Positions 42,164-53,445 of a stretch of DNA of 64,000 nt are shown here, piece after piece. Both the position numbers and the translations under genes were made by a program. The first letter of the stretch is position 1, and each line of letters begins with the position of its first letter. Under the pieces are notes generated by a model. That model was not told the DNA's origin, ran no database searches, and was given only the letters and a program-made list of their open reading frames with translations. The stretch comes from an uncultured Bacteroidota bacterium (GTDB lineage Bacteria; Bacteroidota; Bacteroidia; Bacteroidales; VadinHA17): the NCBI GenBank assembly GCA_903844815.1, contig CAIMVD010000309.1, forward strand, positions 2,504-66,503. The letters are read 5' to 3'.

Positions 42164-45100
42164 ATGAAATTCAAACTGCTCCAGCTTAAAAAAGTCAGGG
42201 AAAACCTCATTGCATCGGAAAAAACGGAAGATAAGCATTCCGGCAGACGTGATTTTATCCGTACCATGGGACTTGGATTATTGTCGCTGAATCCTGTTGC
42301 AAGGACTTTCAGGGCAATAAATAATCAGCCATTCGATATAAGGATGAGCAATGACAGGTTTTCAGTATCCAGGAACGGATCCGTAGAATGGGAAATTTCC
42401 CGTGGTTTTTTCGAAAAGGGATTTTCACTTGCACTTGAAACAGGGGAGGAGAGTTACAATCTCTCTGCTGATAGGTTGATTGTAAACAACTCAACACTGG
42501 GGTTTTCGCTCGATGCGGATATTTACACAGTGGAAGGCAGATGGGTCATGGATCTTAAAATTCCGGGCCTCGGAATTGATCAGAAGGTTGACTTTCTTGA
42601 ATGGCTCGATAAAAACTCAACAGCCTCCGGAGATGCTGCCTTCGGCAGGCAAAGGATAGTGTTGAATTCGGGCGACGCAATAGAATGGGAGGGGAACTGT
42701 CCTGTGACCCTCGATGCCGGATGGAAAATGGCTGTGAAGAGCGAAAACGGAATTTCCTTCTGCATAAACGGGAACGATTACAGCAACAGCGATATACTGC
42801 TTGAACCCTATGGGGGACAGGCTGATTCATTTCTGACTTCCGTCTCCCGCGGCTCCTTGAAAATTACGGCTCCTGGTTTTAAAGGATGGGAAGAGTTCAT
42901 TTCCGCATTAAACTTTTATGACGGCAATAATATCTCTGTGTACGGTTCAGACCCTGATCTGCATGCTGTTGCCGCAGTAAATGGCAGCGGATCTGCATTT
43001 AAGGCATTGTGGGTCACTCAGAAGGATGGTTATCTCCAGTACAGCCCTTCATCAGGATCGGAGGAGAAATTCATTTTTGCGCCTTATTTTTGGTATTCGG
43101 AATACAGGGACGATAATGCTCCTCAATTTTATCTTGCCGGCAGGCTGAAGGAAAAAGAACAATGGGTCTCAGGTCGTCTTGGCTCGATGAAATTTGCCAA
43201 TGGTGCCGGATATCCCGGTTTTGAGGCTTTCGGATTTCAAAATACGATTACCAGGCACATCTGTGAGCTTCTGTTGCAGTCATTCAATCCGGTGGTTGCG
43301 GGAGCCGTTACTCTTCCGTTTATGTTCCCGGAGGCAATGGCAGTACGCATAAATTCTTCAGGTAACGTTCCGGATGAGGATGAAAATAAGTTATTTGTGG
43401 AGGAAGGAAATGACGAATTAAGAGATATCGTCCAGGACATCCCACGTAACCAGAGACAGGTTAATACCCAGAAGCAGGTCAATATCCAAAGGCAGCCTGC
43501 CGCTTCATCAGTTTCTCAGATGAAAATAAACTTCCGGGAAGTAAGGCTTGAACCCAGACGGGCAATAAAGATAAGTCTGTTACGACCTGAAGATCTTATT
43601 CAGCTCGACTTCGAGTTTCATAATTTTGGCTTTTCAGGCGGGGGACAGGGAGGTTTTCTACAGCTGGATGACAGCAGTCAGAAAGGAGTAATGATCGTTC
43701 ACTTTCCAACACAGCACACTCTCGAAGAAGCATGGTTTGAAACAGGCAAAATCCCCGCAACAGGCAAGGAAGAGCCCATAGTACTTCCTGCACGGCAGAT
43801 CAGGGCGCGCAAGAGCAGGCTTGTTTACGAACTTGCTGCCGGTAGCGCGGGTTTTCCCCTTATGCTTGAAGAATTGCTCGACTGGTCAAGATTTAGCCTG
43901 AGAGTTCATCCCAGGGCTTACATTAAGCTTCCTTCACTTCTTAAGAGGAGGTCTTATACGGCTGGCACTGCAAGTCAGAAACGGGTGAAAACAGCCGACA
44001 ACATTATCGACCGGAAACAGGGTTCACTGGATTATCAGTTGAGGCTGATGGAGAGAAAAAGGGTGGTTGATCAGGATGAATATTTTATAAACAGTGAAAA
44101 TGCTGTCAGGCTTTTTCACAATGATATTGCACCAACCGTAGCACCTTCATTTAATTTTGCAAATTTTTCGAAGGACTGGCTGAAACCCGGTCCTGTTCCC
44201 GATGACTGCACATCTATTGAAGCTCCCGCCTTAATGTACATCTCGCCTAACCAGATTAACGATTTCGTTCACAGCCGGGCTTTGAAGTCTTTTGAGACCG
44301 AGGTGGCAGAATCGCCGGATATGATCTCAAAGCTGAGGGTTTATGATAAACAGACGGGTGGGCAGAAGGGCTCTGTTACCGAGCTCTGGCATACAAAACT
44401 GGGTGTAAGGCTTCGTGATGGCGGTATAAGTACCTCAAGTCTTCAGAACTTCAAAACAATAAGGGTATTGTGGGCCTTTGAGGCTGATGAGGATTATAAA
44501 TACCAGGCACCACTTTATAAGCCATTCATGACCTCACTTGATGCCTCCGACAGGCAGGTTCTTGTACATCAGACATCGAACTTCAGTGAAAAGTTCACAC
44601 CCGTGCCTGTTCCGGTTAAGAGCCTGATGCTGACAACTCTGGGAGCATACCTCAACTGGCATGTTTTCTTTCGTCTGCCGCCTGAGTATACAAATAACCT
44701 TAATATTATTGAATGGCAGCACCTTGCCACCCTGGGACGCGATCATTATGTGAAAGTTGTAAGGGAAGGGTATCTCTTTCCTTTCGGTCATAAAGCTGCC
44801 CTGGTCAAGATCACCGAGAGAAAATTCCATAATGAGACCCGTGCGGCAATAAACCGGCAGAGAATGTATGTTGTAATCCTTGAGAAAGAGGTGGAATACA
44901 GGCGCACTGACCCGGATAATGTATTCATTGAGTTTCCGTTCGAAAAGATCAGGATAGTAAATGATTATACTCCTGACATCGACCATCCTTCGGGTTCAAC
45001 CCTTGCCACTTTCAGCAATAAGAAAATTATTTTCAGGCTCACCGGAACTAAAGACAATGAACCTGCTGAAAACGTCTCATATAACTTTTATATCTGCGTC

Positions 45101-47035
45101 GGGGGAGGGAAATTCATGTTCGACATCGAAGGTATCGATAAAGAAGGTTTTGAGCATAAATTCAGGATCCCTCTCGTCTTTGTAGAAAACATAATCGGCC
45201 GTACGAAAGACAATGTTGATACTATCGTTGCAAAGTACAATGAGAAGGCAGAAGAGGCTGGTACTTCAAACCTAAACGGGCAGAAAATCGCGTTTGCGGA
45301 ATGCCTCGTCGACGGGGATACGGCCTTTGAGACTAAGTCGGTGACCTTTAACGGACAGTACTATCCTGCTAAAGGCATCCCCGATCTGAAGTTTCACCCT
45401 AAAATGAAGAAGGCAAACATCTATCTCAGGCAGGTGGAAGAACTTACCGGAAAACGTGAAGCTGTGCAGATCTCACTGACCGACGACAGCAATCAGGGCC
45501 ATGTTTTTGCCGCTGTAACAGGAGCAAAAGTCGATTTTACAGGAGGATCGGACAAAGCCGGAGGATTCCTCTCACCCAATATGGATATTTCGGCTCTCAG
45601 CCGTCTGCAGGGGCCGGTTGGCGGAACAATGGATAACTGTAAAAACCTTAAATTCAATGCTGAAGAATTTTTCAAGTCGGTCTCCCTGCCATCAGCAAAA
45701 ATATTCGGCTGTATCGATGTTTTCAGCCTGCTGAAAATCGTCGACCTGGGTGGAACTTTCGGTTCTTATACCTCGGTGATAGGATCACTCAAAGATGAAA
45801 TGAACGGCATAAAGAGCGAGATTCTTTCACTCGAAAATCAGGCCAGAGAAACGGCCTCAGATCTGAGCAGCTCAATTCTCGCAAAAAAAGAAGAACTTAA
45901 GATAAAAGTGGCTAAACTATTGGAGGCCATTAACAGTAATGTTCCAAGAATCCCGGGATTCAAGACTTATTTTACCGATGAAGCCTTCTATGCCGAATAC
46001 CGCTGGCAACCCGAAATGAAAGGATCGTCGATAGAAGTCTTTCCCGGAATGCTTACAGTAAATGTAACTGATCCGGCAAAGGCCCTTGAGGTTATAACCC
46101 TTCTTGAGAAGCCTTTTGATATGTCGCAGCAGGCAAAGATGAACGGAAGCGCCAGGTTCAGTAATTTTGAAGTTGTTGTGGCAAAGATGATAGGCGTTAG
46201 TTTCAAATACCTTGAATTCAAAACGGGATCATCACAGAAGACCGATGTGAAAGTGGAACTGGCAACTCCTGTTCCGATTTCGTTCATGGGGCCCCTGAGC
46301 TTTGTGAACAGCCTCCAGAGCATAATTCCCTCATCAGGATTTGCAGGCGACGGCCCTTATGTTGATCTTTCGCCAACAGGTGTAACCGCAGGATTCTCAA
46401 TTAGCATTCCCAGTATTGAGGTCGGCATCTGCAGCATAGCGAATATCAGCCTTGGAGCCAGTGTAACCCTTCCCTTTACTGGAGACCCGCTTCTCCTTGC
46501 CTTTAATTTCTGTACCCGTGAAAATCCTTTCCTCCTTACAGTCTCCTGTTTCGGTGGTGGAGGATTTTTCAGGCTGGTAACCTCCCTGAAACAGATTGAG
46601 ACAGTGGAGGCTGCCTTTGAATTCGGGGCTTCAATGTCGCTTAATGTGGGTGTTGCCTCAGGAAGCGTCTCGGCAATGGGCGGGATCTATTTTAAATCGG
46701 AACACGCAGTAATAAACGGTTACGATGCAAATATTGTAGTCCTTACGGGTTATCTTAGGCTTAACGGCAGGCTTTCAATTATCGGGCTCATTACGGTGTC
46801 GCTGGAGTTCTATCTGGCATTCACTGCCAACTTTGTCAGCAAGAACGGAAAAGATGTTGTAGACAAGCTTGTTGGGGAGGCTACACTTAAAGTAAAGGTT
46901 GAGGTTTTATTCTTCAGTAAAACTGTATCAGTAACTGTAAGGCGTGAACTCCAGGGTGCTGACGCCGATCCGAAATTCACCCAGATGATACTTCCGGAAG
47001 ACTGGGAAGAGTATTGCCTTGCATTTGCCGGTTAA
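42164..47035 (+). CDS. giant uncharacterised protein (1623 aa) with twin-arginine signal-like N-terminus and Gly-rich beta-strand C-terminus
   Basis: Long uninterrupted ORF; SGRRDFIRTMGLGLLSL; Q-rich linker; coiled-coil segment; alternating-hydrophobic C-terminal strands; function not recognised. Confidence 0.85.
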   Translation: MKFKLLQLKKVRENLIASEKTEDKHSGRRDFIRTMGLGLLSLNPVARTFRAINNQPFDIRMSNDRFSVSRNGSVEWEISRGFFEKGFSLALETGEESYNLSADRLIVNNSTLGFSLDADIYTVEGRWVMDLKIPGLGIDQKVDFLEWLDKNSTASGDAAFGRQRIVLNSGDAIEWEGNCPVTLDAGWKMAVKSENGISFCINGNDYSNSDILLEPYGGQADSFLTSVSRGSLKITAPGFKGWEEFISALNFYDGNNISVYGSDPDLHAVAAVNGSGSAFKALWVTQKDGYLQYSPSSGSEEKFIFAPYFWYSEYRDDNAPQFYLAGRLKEKEQWVSGRLGSMKFANGAGYPGFEAFGFQNTITRHICELLLQSFNPVVAGAVTLPFMFPEAMAVRINSSGNVPDEDENKLFVEEGNDELRDIVQDIPRNQRQVNTQKQVNIQRQPAASSVSQMKINFREVRLEPRRAIKISLLRPEDLIQLDFEFHNFGFSGGGQGGFLQLDDSSQKGVMIVHFPTQHTLEEAWFETGKIPATGKEEPIVLPARQIRARKSRLVYELAAGSAGFPLMLEELLDWSRFSLRVHPRAYIKLPSLLKRRSYTAGTASQKRVKTADNIIDRKQGSLDYQLRLMERKRVVDQDEYFINSENAVRLFHNDIAPTVAPSFNFANFSKDWLKPGPVPDDCTSIEAPALMYISPNQINDFVHSRALKSFETEVAESPDMISKLRVYDKQTGGQKGSVTELWHTKLGVRLRDGGISTSSLQNFKTIRVLWAFEADEDYKYQAPLYKPFMTSLDASDRQVLVHQTSNFSEKFTPVPVPVKSLMLTTLGAYLNWHVFFRLPPEYTNNLNIIEWQHLATLGRDHYVKVVREGYLFPFGHKAALVKITERKFHNETRAAINRQRMYVVILEKEVEYRRTDPDNVFIEFPFEKIRIVNDYTPDIDHPSGSTLATFSNKKIIFRLTGTKDNEPAENVSYNFYICVGGGKFMFDIEGIDKEGFEHKFRIPLVFVENIIGRTKDNVDTIVAKYNEKAEEAGTSNLNGQKIAFAECLVDGDTAFETKSVTFNGQYYPAKGIPDLKFHPKMKKANIYLRQVEELTGKREAVQISLTDDSNQGHVFAAVTGAKVDFTGGSDKAGGFLSPNMDISALSRLQGPVGGTMDNCKNLKFNAEEFFKSVSLPSAKIFGCIDVFSLLKIVDLGGTFGSYTSVIGSLKDEMNGIKSEILSLENQARETASDLSSSILAKKEELKIKVAKLLEAINSNVPRIPGFKTYFTDEAFYAEYRWQPEMKGSSIEVFPGMLTVNVTDPAKALEVITLLEKPFDMSQQAKMNGSARFSNFEVVVAKMIGVSFKYLEFKTGSSQKTDVKVELATPVPISFMGPLSFVNSLQSIIPSSGFAGDGPYVDLSPTGVTAGFSISIPSIEVGICSIANISLGASVTLPFTGDPLLLAFNFCTRENPFLLTVSCFGGGGFFRLVTSLKQIETVEAAFEFGASMSLNVGVASGSVSAMGGIYFKSEHAVINGYDANIVVLTGYLRLNGRLSIIGLITVSLEFYLAFTANFVSKNGKDVVDKLVGEATLKVKVEVLFFSKTVSVTVRRELQGADADPKFTQMILPEDWEEYCLAFAG

Positions 47036-47061
47036 CAAATTAATGTTTAAACATCACTGAT

Positions 47062-50000
47062 ATGTCGCAGGAAATAATTTTTACAGCTTTGCCAAACGGT
47101 CGAACTGAAACTTCAGGAAAACAATACCTGAAACTCTCGGTTTTTACTACTATTCAGATTAAGACTCCCGGCGAATCAAAGCTTGCTGATTATGAAGATA
47201 TCCTAAACTGGCCTGATAAGATTACAGGCGCCGTATTCAAATTCAGGGCCGGAAATGGCAGCTTGATTGATGCAACCCTCGATGCCGGCAAAATTGACGC
47301 CTCGCTTTATAAAAGTATTTTTCACAAGGATATCAGGCTTAAGGGTTACCTGCCTGAAAATTTTACCAATCTCCGGATAAATTCCTTCCCGGCACAAAGC
47401 ATTAAGGATTATCTTCTTAAGAATTACCTACAGACAGCCATTGAAAGCCCTACCAGGCTGGTAAGCGCCGAGAAATTCATCGACGAAGAACGCTTTGGTG
47501 TTATTTCGCGCTACACAATTGATGAAAATGAGTTTGAACGAGCTAAAATCCAAAAAACAAGGATACAGCCGGCGAAATCAAAGCTTCTGATAAAACGTCC
47601 GGGGGGGGTCGACGCAATGACTGATTCAGGAGCTAATCTGAAGTTTACAAAGATGCCTCTGAAGATGGATCCCAGGACTGACTTTACCCTGTTCCGGAAT
47701 TTTCACCGCACTGAAAAATGGAAGAGAAAAGCAGAACCACTGAAGATTAAAAAGCCGGAATTCGAATTCCATCAGATAACTGCAATACTGAACAGTTACC
47801 CTATGCTGATGAGAAAGCTGGGATTTATCCTTGATTTTACAATCCCATATGACAGCACACTTGCAAAAATCGGAGGAATAAGCCTTGTTCCCTCATCAAT
47901 AGCCTTTGAAGAAAGTGAAACAGTAGTCTCTGTGCCAACGACGGCATATGCAATTACCGATGACGGCTTTTTTACCGATGACAATGAGGGGGCAATATTT
48001 AAAAGAGGTTTTGTAAAAATAAACACCGATGATTTTGCGGTTATCCAGATAGATGCTGATGGTGCGGCTATCAAGGCGCATAACCTTGCCGAGAACAAAA
48101 CGAAACAGATTGCCCGATATCTTGGTGATAAGGCTTCCTCCAGAAGTTTCATAGTGGAGGATGATTCCGAGGATATTAAATTTTCTGAACCTCCTGAGGA
48201 TGAAGGCTTGCCTTTTATTCGTTCCGCCGGTATAGCCATTACTAAAAATTCAATGGCTGAGCATCTTACACTCGGTATTCAACGCAATTTAAACCTGCGA
48301 AAGATCTTTACAGATCAGACTCCCGAGAATAAAATTATGGTCCCGGGCCTCAGGTTGAAATTGCCTGACGACAAGTTGTATTCCTCCGATATTATTCAGG
48401 GTTACAGAATGGATATAGCCTATGAAAGCGATCCGGAAAAATGGTACTCGCTTCATTTCAGAAAGGATAGCTATAGCTGGTACGACGAATCATCTGTGGC
48501 ACACCCTGTTGACGGTATTGAACCCGATGAGGGGTATATTGAGCTTGGCCTTACAGAGGACCCCGATGATCCCTCGGATATGTTTGTGTCGGACACTATT
48601 GCACGATGGGAGGGCTGGAGTCTCGCAGTTGGTAAGCCGGGATTCTCCATAAACCATGCTGATGATAGTGAAACTGTACCTAAGGATGGAGTAAAACGCG
48701 ATTTTGTACATAAAAGCAGGGCAGAAGAAGCAAAGAAATACGCTTTCGATCCCGACCTTCAGTTCAGGGTAAATGCGGCCTCTTCAATAGTGCCGGGGAC
48801 CTTGCCAAAGCTACGTTTTGGCAAAGATTACCGTATTCGCATCCGTGCCGTGGATCTTGCCGGAAACAGCCTTCCTGTTACTTCAGGTACAACCGACCAG
48901 GACCTTACTACTCAGAAGAATATCCGTTATCTGCGCTATGAACCGCTTGCAAGCCCAATAGTACTCGTGGGCAACGAACTCAGGGACGGTGAGTTTCTCG
49001 AAAGAATGGTTATCAGGAGCAACTTTGACCAGAGTGTTTCGCAATATGAGGTTAGTCATCCGATAGGAGGAAAGGCCATGGAGGTTTATTCGCAGCGCTA
49101 CCTGCTACCACCAGACAATAGCCAGGCAATGGCGGAAACACATGGCATGATTGAAAAGGCTTTTACGGGAAATCCTTCGGCCGCAAAGGAAATTTATGAT
49201 CTCATAGCCGCGCACGAAGGGAAATATGATCGTGAACATGCAACCGTTGAAAAAGTATACAAGCCTTCAGAAGTTGAAGTAATTTATCTTCCGGATCCGA
49301 TGGCTGCAGGAGTCGCGTTTTTTGTTGCCGACGGATTCGCGACGACCCATTCGCAGGAATTTTTCAAGCCGAGGCTCTTCGGTTTTTTTACCAACGAAGA
49401 AATTATGCCGGAAAATACCAACGCTGAAATCCCTCCCGACTGGTACAATGCCAAAGCTGTCACAATAAGGCTTGAAGAGGGTGAACTTTCGGCTGACTGG
49501 AATTCATCGGCAAGGATATTGACAGTATTTTTACCTAAAGGTCTGAGAACGAGGATTAAATTCAGCACCTTCTGGCGCGATAAGGATATTAAACAGTTGT
49601 CGGCATTCTGGAGCATGATTAAGGAACAATCGCCTTCAAACATAAGCGAACTTGAAAGGCTGATGGCAGCAGGTCAGCACTGGATGATAAGCCCCTCAAG
49701 AGAATTTGAACTTGTACATGCAACCCAGCAGCCTGTTGAGGAACCTGTTTTGAAGGCCCTCATCCCGGTGCGCGACTTTGACGACACAACTGCGGATTTA
49801 AATGTCAGGTTCCAGGTTCATGGTGAGAGTACCGATAAAGTTGAAATCCAGGCAAAATGGACCGAGCCGCTTGATGACGGTATCTCTGTCTCGGTTAAAG
49901 AGAGCCAGGGCAGAAATTCGATTAGGGATATAAACGTGAACTATCACGATGACGTGGTCACTCGAGGTACAATTCCTGAAATTCCTAAGGTTGAACTGAA

Positions 50001-51444
50001 GACAAATCCAAAATTGATGTTTCAGCCACACAGTGAGCTTAAAATGAGGACTAAGAGCGAATTCAGAGTGAATCCTCAGCCGGAAGCAACAAAGGTGGGC
50101 AGTTTGTTTAAGGTTCAGGATGAGGGGTTCGAAAAACTGCAAAAGGCTGACTTTGCGGCTTCAAAAACTCTTGTATCCAGCCTGCGGTTCGAAATTGAAG
50201 CCTCAAAATTCAGTTTTCTTCGTAATATTAATCTAAGGATACAGCCATTAAAACAAAACTTTGGCGACACAAGGCACAGGTGGGTTGATTACAACATTCA
50301 GGCGACAACCAGGTACCGCGAATATTTTGCAAAGATTCTTACACAGGATGATAAACTTCTGGTTTCACGTGAAAGCAACTGGATAGAACAGATCAATATT
50401 CTGAGCACTTCAAGGCCTAAACCTCCTGAAATTGATTATATTATACCAACATTTGAATGGATCAGGACACAGGATGCGAATAATATCCAGCACCGGCGCA
50501 TGGGAGGAGGTCTGAGAATTTATATAAAACGTCCATGGTTCTCATCGGGAGAAGATGAGATGCTTGCCATTCTTCTTCCTCCTTCTGCTGAAAGTGCCGG
50601 GGAAAAAGCCCCGGTCCGGGCAACGCTTGCGGCACCACGCCCTGTCTATACTCCCTATTATACAAACTGGGGCCTCGATCCCCTTCATACTTCAACAGTG
50701 CCTGATAATTTCAGTCCTTCAGAGAATGATTTCAGGTACAGCCCTCTCAAAGTATCAAATATCCAGTATCCTGATCCAACCAGCATCAGGACCGATGTTG
50801 TGGCTTATCCCGTTAAATTCGATAAAGAGAAGCAGATGTGGTACTGCGATATTGCAATTAACCCTGGCAAAATGTATTTGCCATTTATAAAACTGGCCCT
50901 GGCAAGGTATCAGCAGCATTCTGTTAGAAAAGGAAATGATGATGTGTGTTTATCGCCTGTGGTTTTTGCTGATATGATGCAGCTTATGCCCGACCGGTCT
51001 GCCACCCTGGCCTTTAAGAATGATGAGAATAATTCGAGGTTTACAGTGACCATAAGCGGAGTAATTTACAATGGATTGGAAAGGGGCACCAGATCTACAG
51101 ATACGGTTATTAAAGTCTCTTTTGTCGACACAAGGCTAGCTCAGCCTGTTTATGGATTAATTGACGATAACACTACTCCTCAAAATCTTATCGGTGAAGC
51201 TTATGATATTCAAATTCTGCCTGATAATATTACCGGTAACCGTTTTACTATATCGCATGAGTTCAAGTTGCCGGGCGAGTATAAAAAAGCGCCTTTTGAA
51301 GTTGTCATCAGGGAGTTTGAACAGATTCCGCTTAAGACAAGAGATGTCGACAATAAGTACAATAGCAGGATTGAGCGTTCAGAGGAAACAAATAAGCTTA
51401 TCTATGCTGATGTGTTTAAGATAAACAGTTCGGAGAAGAAGTGA
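47062..51444 (+). CDS. giant uncharacterised protein (1460 aa), no signal peptide
   Basis: Long ORF 26 bp after the previous gene; contains FN3/Ig-like strand motif YRIRIRAVDLAGNS; function not recognised. Confidence 0.85.
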   Translation: MSQEIIFTALPNGRTETSGKQYLKLSVFTTIQIKTPGESKLADYEDILNWPDKITGAVFKFRAGNGSLIDATLDAGKIDASLYKSIFHKDIRLKGYLPENFTNLRINSFPAQSIKDYLLKNYLQTAIESPTRLVSAEKFIDEERFGVISRYTIDENEFERAKIQKTRIQPAKSKLLIKRPGGVDAMTDSGANLKFTKMPLKMDPRTDFTLFRNFHRTEKWKRKAEPLKIKKPEFEFHQITAILNSYPMLMRKLGFILDFTIPYDSTLAKIGGISLVPSSIAFEESETVVSVPTTAYAITDDGFFTDDNEGAIFKRGFVKINTDDFAVIQIDADGAAIKAHNLAENKTKQIARYLGDKASSRSFIVEDDSEDIKFSEPPEDEGLPFIRSAGIAITKNSMAEHLTLGIQRNLNLRKIFTDQTPENKIMVPGLRLKLPDDKLYSSDIIQGYRMDIAYESDPEKWYSLHFRKDSYSWYDESSVAHPVDGIEPDEGYIELGLTEDPDDPSDMFVSDTIARWEGWSLAVGKPGFSINHADDSETVPKDGVKRDFVHKSRAEEAKKYAFDPDLQFRVNAASSIVPGTLPKLRFGKDYRIRIRAVDLAGNSLPVTSGTTDQDLTTQKNIRYLRYEPLASPIVLVGNELRDGEFLERMVIRSNFDQSVSQYEVSHPIGGKAMEVYSQRYLLPPDNSQAMAETHGMIEKAFTGNPSAAKEIYDLIAAHEGKYDREHATVEKVYKPSEVEVIYLPDPMAAGVAFFVADGFATTHSQEFFKPRLFGFFTNEEIMPENTNAEIPPDWYNAKAVTIRLEEGELSADWNSSARILTVFLPKGLRTRIKFSTFWRDKDIKQLSAFWSMIKEQSPSNISELERLMAAGQHWMISPSREFELVHATQQPVEEPVLKALIPVRDFDDTTADLNVRFQVHGESTDKVEIQAKWTEPLDDGISVSVKESQGRNSIRDINVNYHDDVVTRGTIPEIPKVELKTNPKLMFQPHSELKMRTKSEFRVNPQPEATKVGSLFKVQDEGFEKLQKADFAASKTLVSSLRFEIEASKFSFLRNINLRIQPLKQNFGDTRHRWVDYNIQATTRYREYFAKILTQDDKLLVSRESNWIEQINILSTSRPKPPEIDYIIPTFEWIRTQDANNIQHRRMGGGLRIYIKRPWFSSGEDEMLAILLPPSAESAGEKAPVRATLAAPRPVYTPYYTNWGLDPLHTSTVPDNFSPSENDFRYSPLKVSNIQYPDPTSIRTDVVAYPVKFDKEKQMWYCDIAINPGKMYLPFIKLALARYQQHSVRKGNDDVCLSPVVFADMMQLMPDRSATLAFKNDENNSRFTVTISGVIYNGLERGTRSTDTVIKVSFVDTRLAQPVYGLIDDNTTPQNLIGEAYDIQILPDNITGNRFTISHEFKLPGEYKKAPFEVVIREFEQIPLKTRDVDNKYNSRIERSEETNKLIYADVFKINSSEKK
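51334..51403 (+). repeat. left direct repeat (attL-like), 70 bp identical to 62778-62847
   Basis: aagacaagagatgtcgac...aataagcttatct, exact match; weaker similarity continues ~60 bp further. Confidence 0.95.
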
Positions 51445-51521
51445 TTTTTACTATTTTAAAGACATAACGAAGTTAGCTGAAAAGCAAATTGTGGCTAAGA
51501 TCAGTATGTATAATGCCTTTT

Positions 51522-51607
51522 AGCTCCGAAGGAGCTGAATGTGAATAACCCCCTGCGCCAGCAGGGGGTGCAACCTCCCACCATGTCCCTAAGCCCCGAA
51601 TGGGGCT
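51522..51607. repeat. cluster of three GC-rich hairpins (REP/REPIN-like)
   Basis: agctcc-gaa-ggagct; accccctgc-gcca-gcagggggt; agcccc-gaat-ggggct. Confidence 0.7.
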
Positions 51608-51797
51608 ATATCCCTAACAACACAAAACTAATACAATGAATAATGAGAAAAACTCACCTCATGATGATTGGTTCTACCGGAACAGGTAAATCATTCCAAT
51701 ACTTCAGCTAAATACGATTAAACTTATAAATTGAACTCTCTTGTTCATTGCAGGATTAAATAAGATTAAATTAGAGGATTAAAAACTCAAAGAACCA

Positions 51798-53372
51798 ATG
51801 GCTAAGAAGAACGGAAACGGGACTGAAGAACCTTTAGAGAAACAACTTTGGAAAACAGCTGATAAACTTCGTAAAAACATAGATGCGGCAGAGTATAAAC
51901 ATGTTGTGTTGGGATTGATCTTCCTGAAATACATAAGCGATTCGTTCGAGGAATTATTTTCCAGATTAAAAGCTGAAGAAGCGCAGGGAGCCGATCCCGA
52001 AGACCGCGATGAATACAAAGCCGAAAATGTATTTTTTGTGCCGCAGGATGCCCGTTGGAATTATTTGCAGTCGAAAGCAAAGCAACCTGAGGTAGGTAAG
52101 TTTGTTGACGATGCAATGGATGCAATTGAAAAGGAAAATGCATCACTGAAAGGTGTTTTGCCTAAAGTGTTTGCAAGGCAAAATCTCGACCCAACCAGTT
52201 TGGGCGAATTGATCGATTTGGTTGGAAACATTGCTCTGGGCGATGCCAAAGCGCGCAGCGCCGATGTGCTGGGTCATGTGTTCGAATATTTTCTGGGTGA
52301 GTTTGCTTTGGCCGAAGGAAAACAAGGCGGACAGTTCTATACTCCGCGCAGTATCGTCGAGTTATTGGTGAAAATGCTCGAACCTTACAAAGGACGGGTA
52401 TTCGACCCATGCTGTGGCTCCGGTGGTATGTTTGTGCAATCCGAAAAGCTTGTGCTCGAACACCAGGGACGGGTAAACGATATTTCGATTTACGGACAGG
52501 AAAGCAACCAAACCACCTGGCGTTTGTGCAAAATGAACCTGGCCATCCGGGGTATCGACAGCTCTCAGGTGAAATGGAACAACGAAGGTTCGTTCCTGAA
52601 CGATGCACACAAAGACCTGAAAGCCGATTACATCATTGCCAATCCGCCGTTTAATGTGAGCGATTGGGGCGGTGATTTAATGCGTACCGACGGACGCTGG
52701 CAATATGGCGTACCACCCACCGGGAACGCCAATTTTGCATGGATGCAGCATTTTATTTACCACCTTTCTCCAACCGGACAAGCCGGAGTCGTTCTGGCAA
52801 AGGGAGCTTTAACATCCAAATCATCGGGCGAAGGCGAAATACGGAAAGCCCTGATTGAAGCCGGTTTGATAGACTGTATTGTAAACCTGCCTGCCAAATT
52901 ATTCCTGAACACACAAATTCCTGCCGGTTTGTGGTTTTTACGCCGCAACCGGGCTTCGACAGGCTCAGCCAACGGTTACCGCGACCGCAGCAACGAAATA
53001 CTCTTTATTGATGCCCGGAATTTAGGATTCCTGATAAACCGGCGAACCCGGGAACTTTCTCCGGAAGATATTTCGAAGATTACAGATACTTACCACAAAT
53101 GGCGATCGTTGCCTGAGCTTGTCGAAGGCAGGGATTACGGAGATATTCCAGGGTTCTGTGCTTCTGCTCCAATTGACAAAGTCCGGGAACTGGATTATGT
53201 GGTTACTCCGGGACGTTACGTGGGATTACCCGATGATGAAGATGATTTTGATTTTAACGAACGGTTCTCTGCTTTAAAAACCGAACTGGAAGAACAAATA
53301 AATGAGGAAACTGCACTAAATATGATTATTGCAGAAAATCTGGCAAAGATTAATCTAAATGAAGGAAAGTAA
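51798..53372 (+). CDS. hsdM: type I R-M methyltransferase subunit
   Basis: [25 protein letters not shown] (motif I), ANPPFN (motif IV). Confidence 0.96.
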   Translation: MAKKNGNGTEEPLEKQLWKTADKLRKNIDAAEYKHVVLGLIFLKYISDSFEELFSRLKAEEAQGADPEDRDEYKAENVFFVPQDARWNYLQSKAKQPEVGKFVDDAMDAIEKENASLKGVLPKVFARQNLDPTSLGELIDLVGNIALGDAKARSADVLGHVFEYFLGEFALAEGKQGGQFYTPRSIVELLVKMLEPYKGRVFDPCCGSGGMFVQSEKLVLEHQGRVNDISIYGQESNQTTWRLCKMNLAIRGIDSSQVKWNNEGSFLNDAHKDLKADYIIANPPFNVSDWGGDLMRTDGRWQYGVPPTGNANFAWMQHFIYHLSPTGQAGVVLAKGALTSKSSGEGEIRKALIEAGLIDCIVNLPAKLFLNTQIPAGLWFLRRNRASTGSANGYRDRSNEILFIDARNLGFLINRRTRELSPEDISKITDTYHKWRSLPELVEGRDYGDIPGFCASAPIDKVRELDYVVTPGRYVGLPDDEDDFDFNERFSALKTELEEQINEETALNMIIAENLAKINLNEGK

Positions 53373-53445
53373 AATAAATCCCATTTTTGCTACAAACCTC
53401 CCACGTAGAACGTAGGGCTTCACAAAAACAGGATAGCACAAAAGT

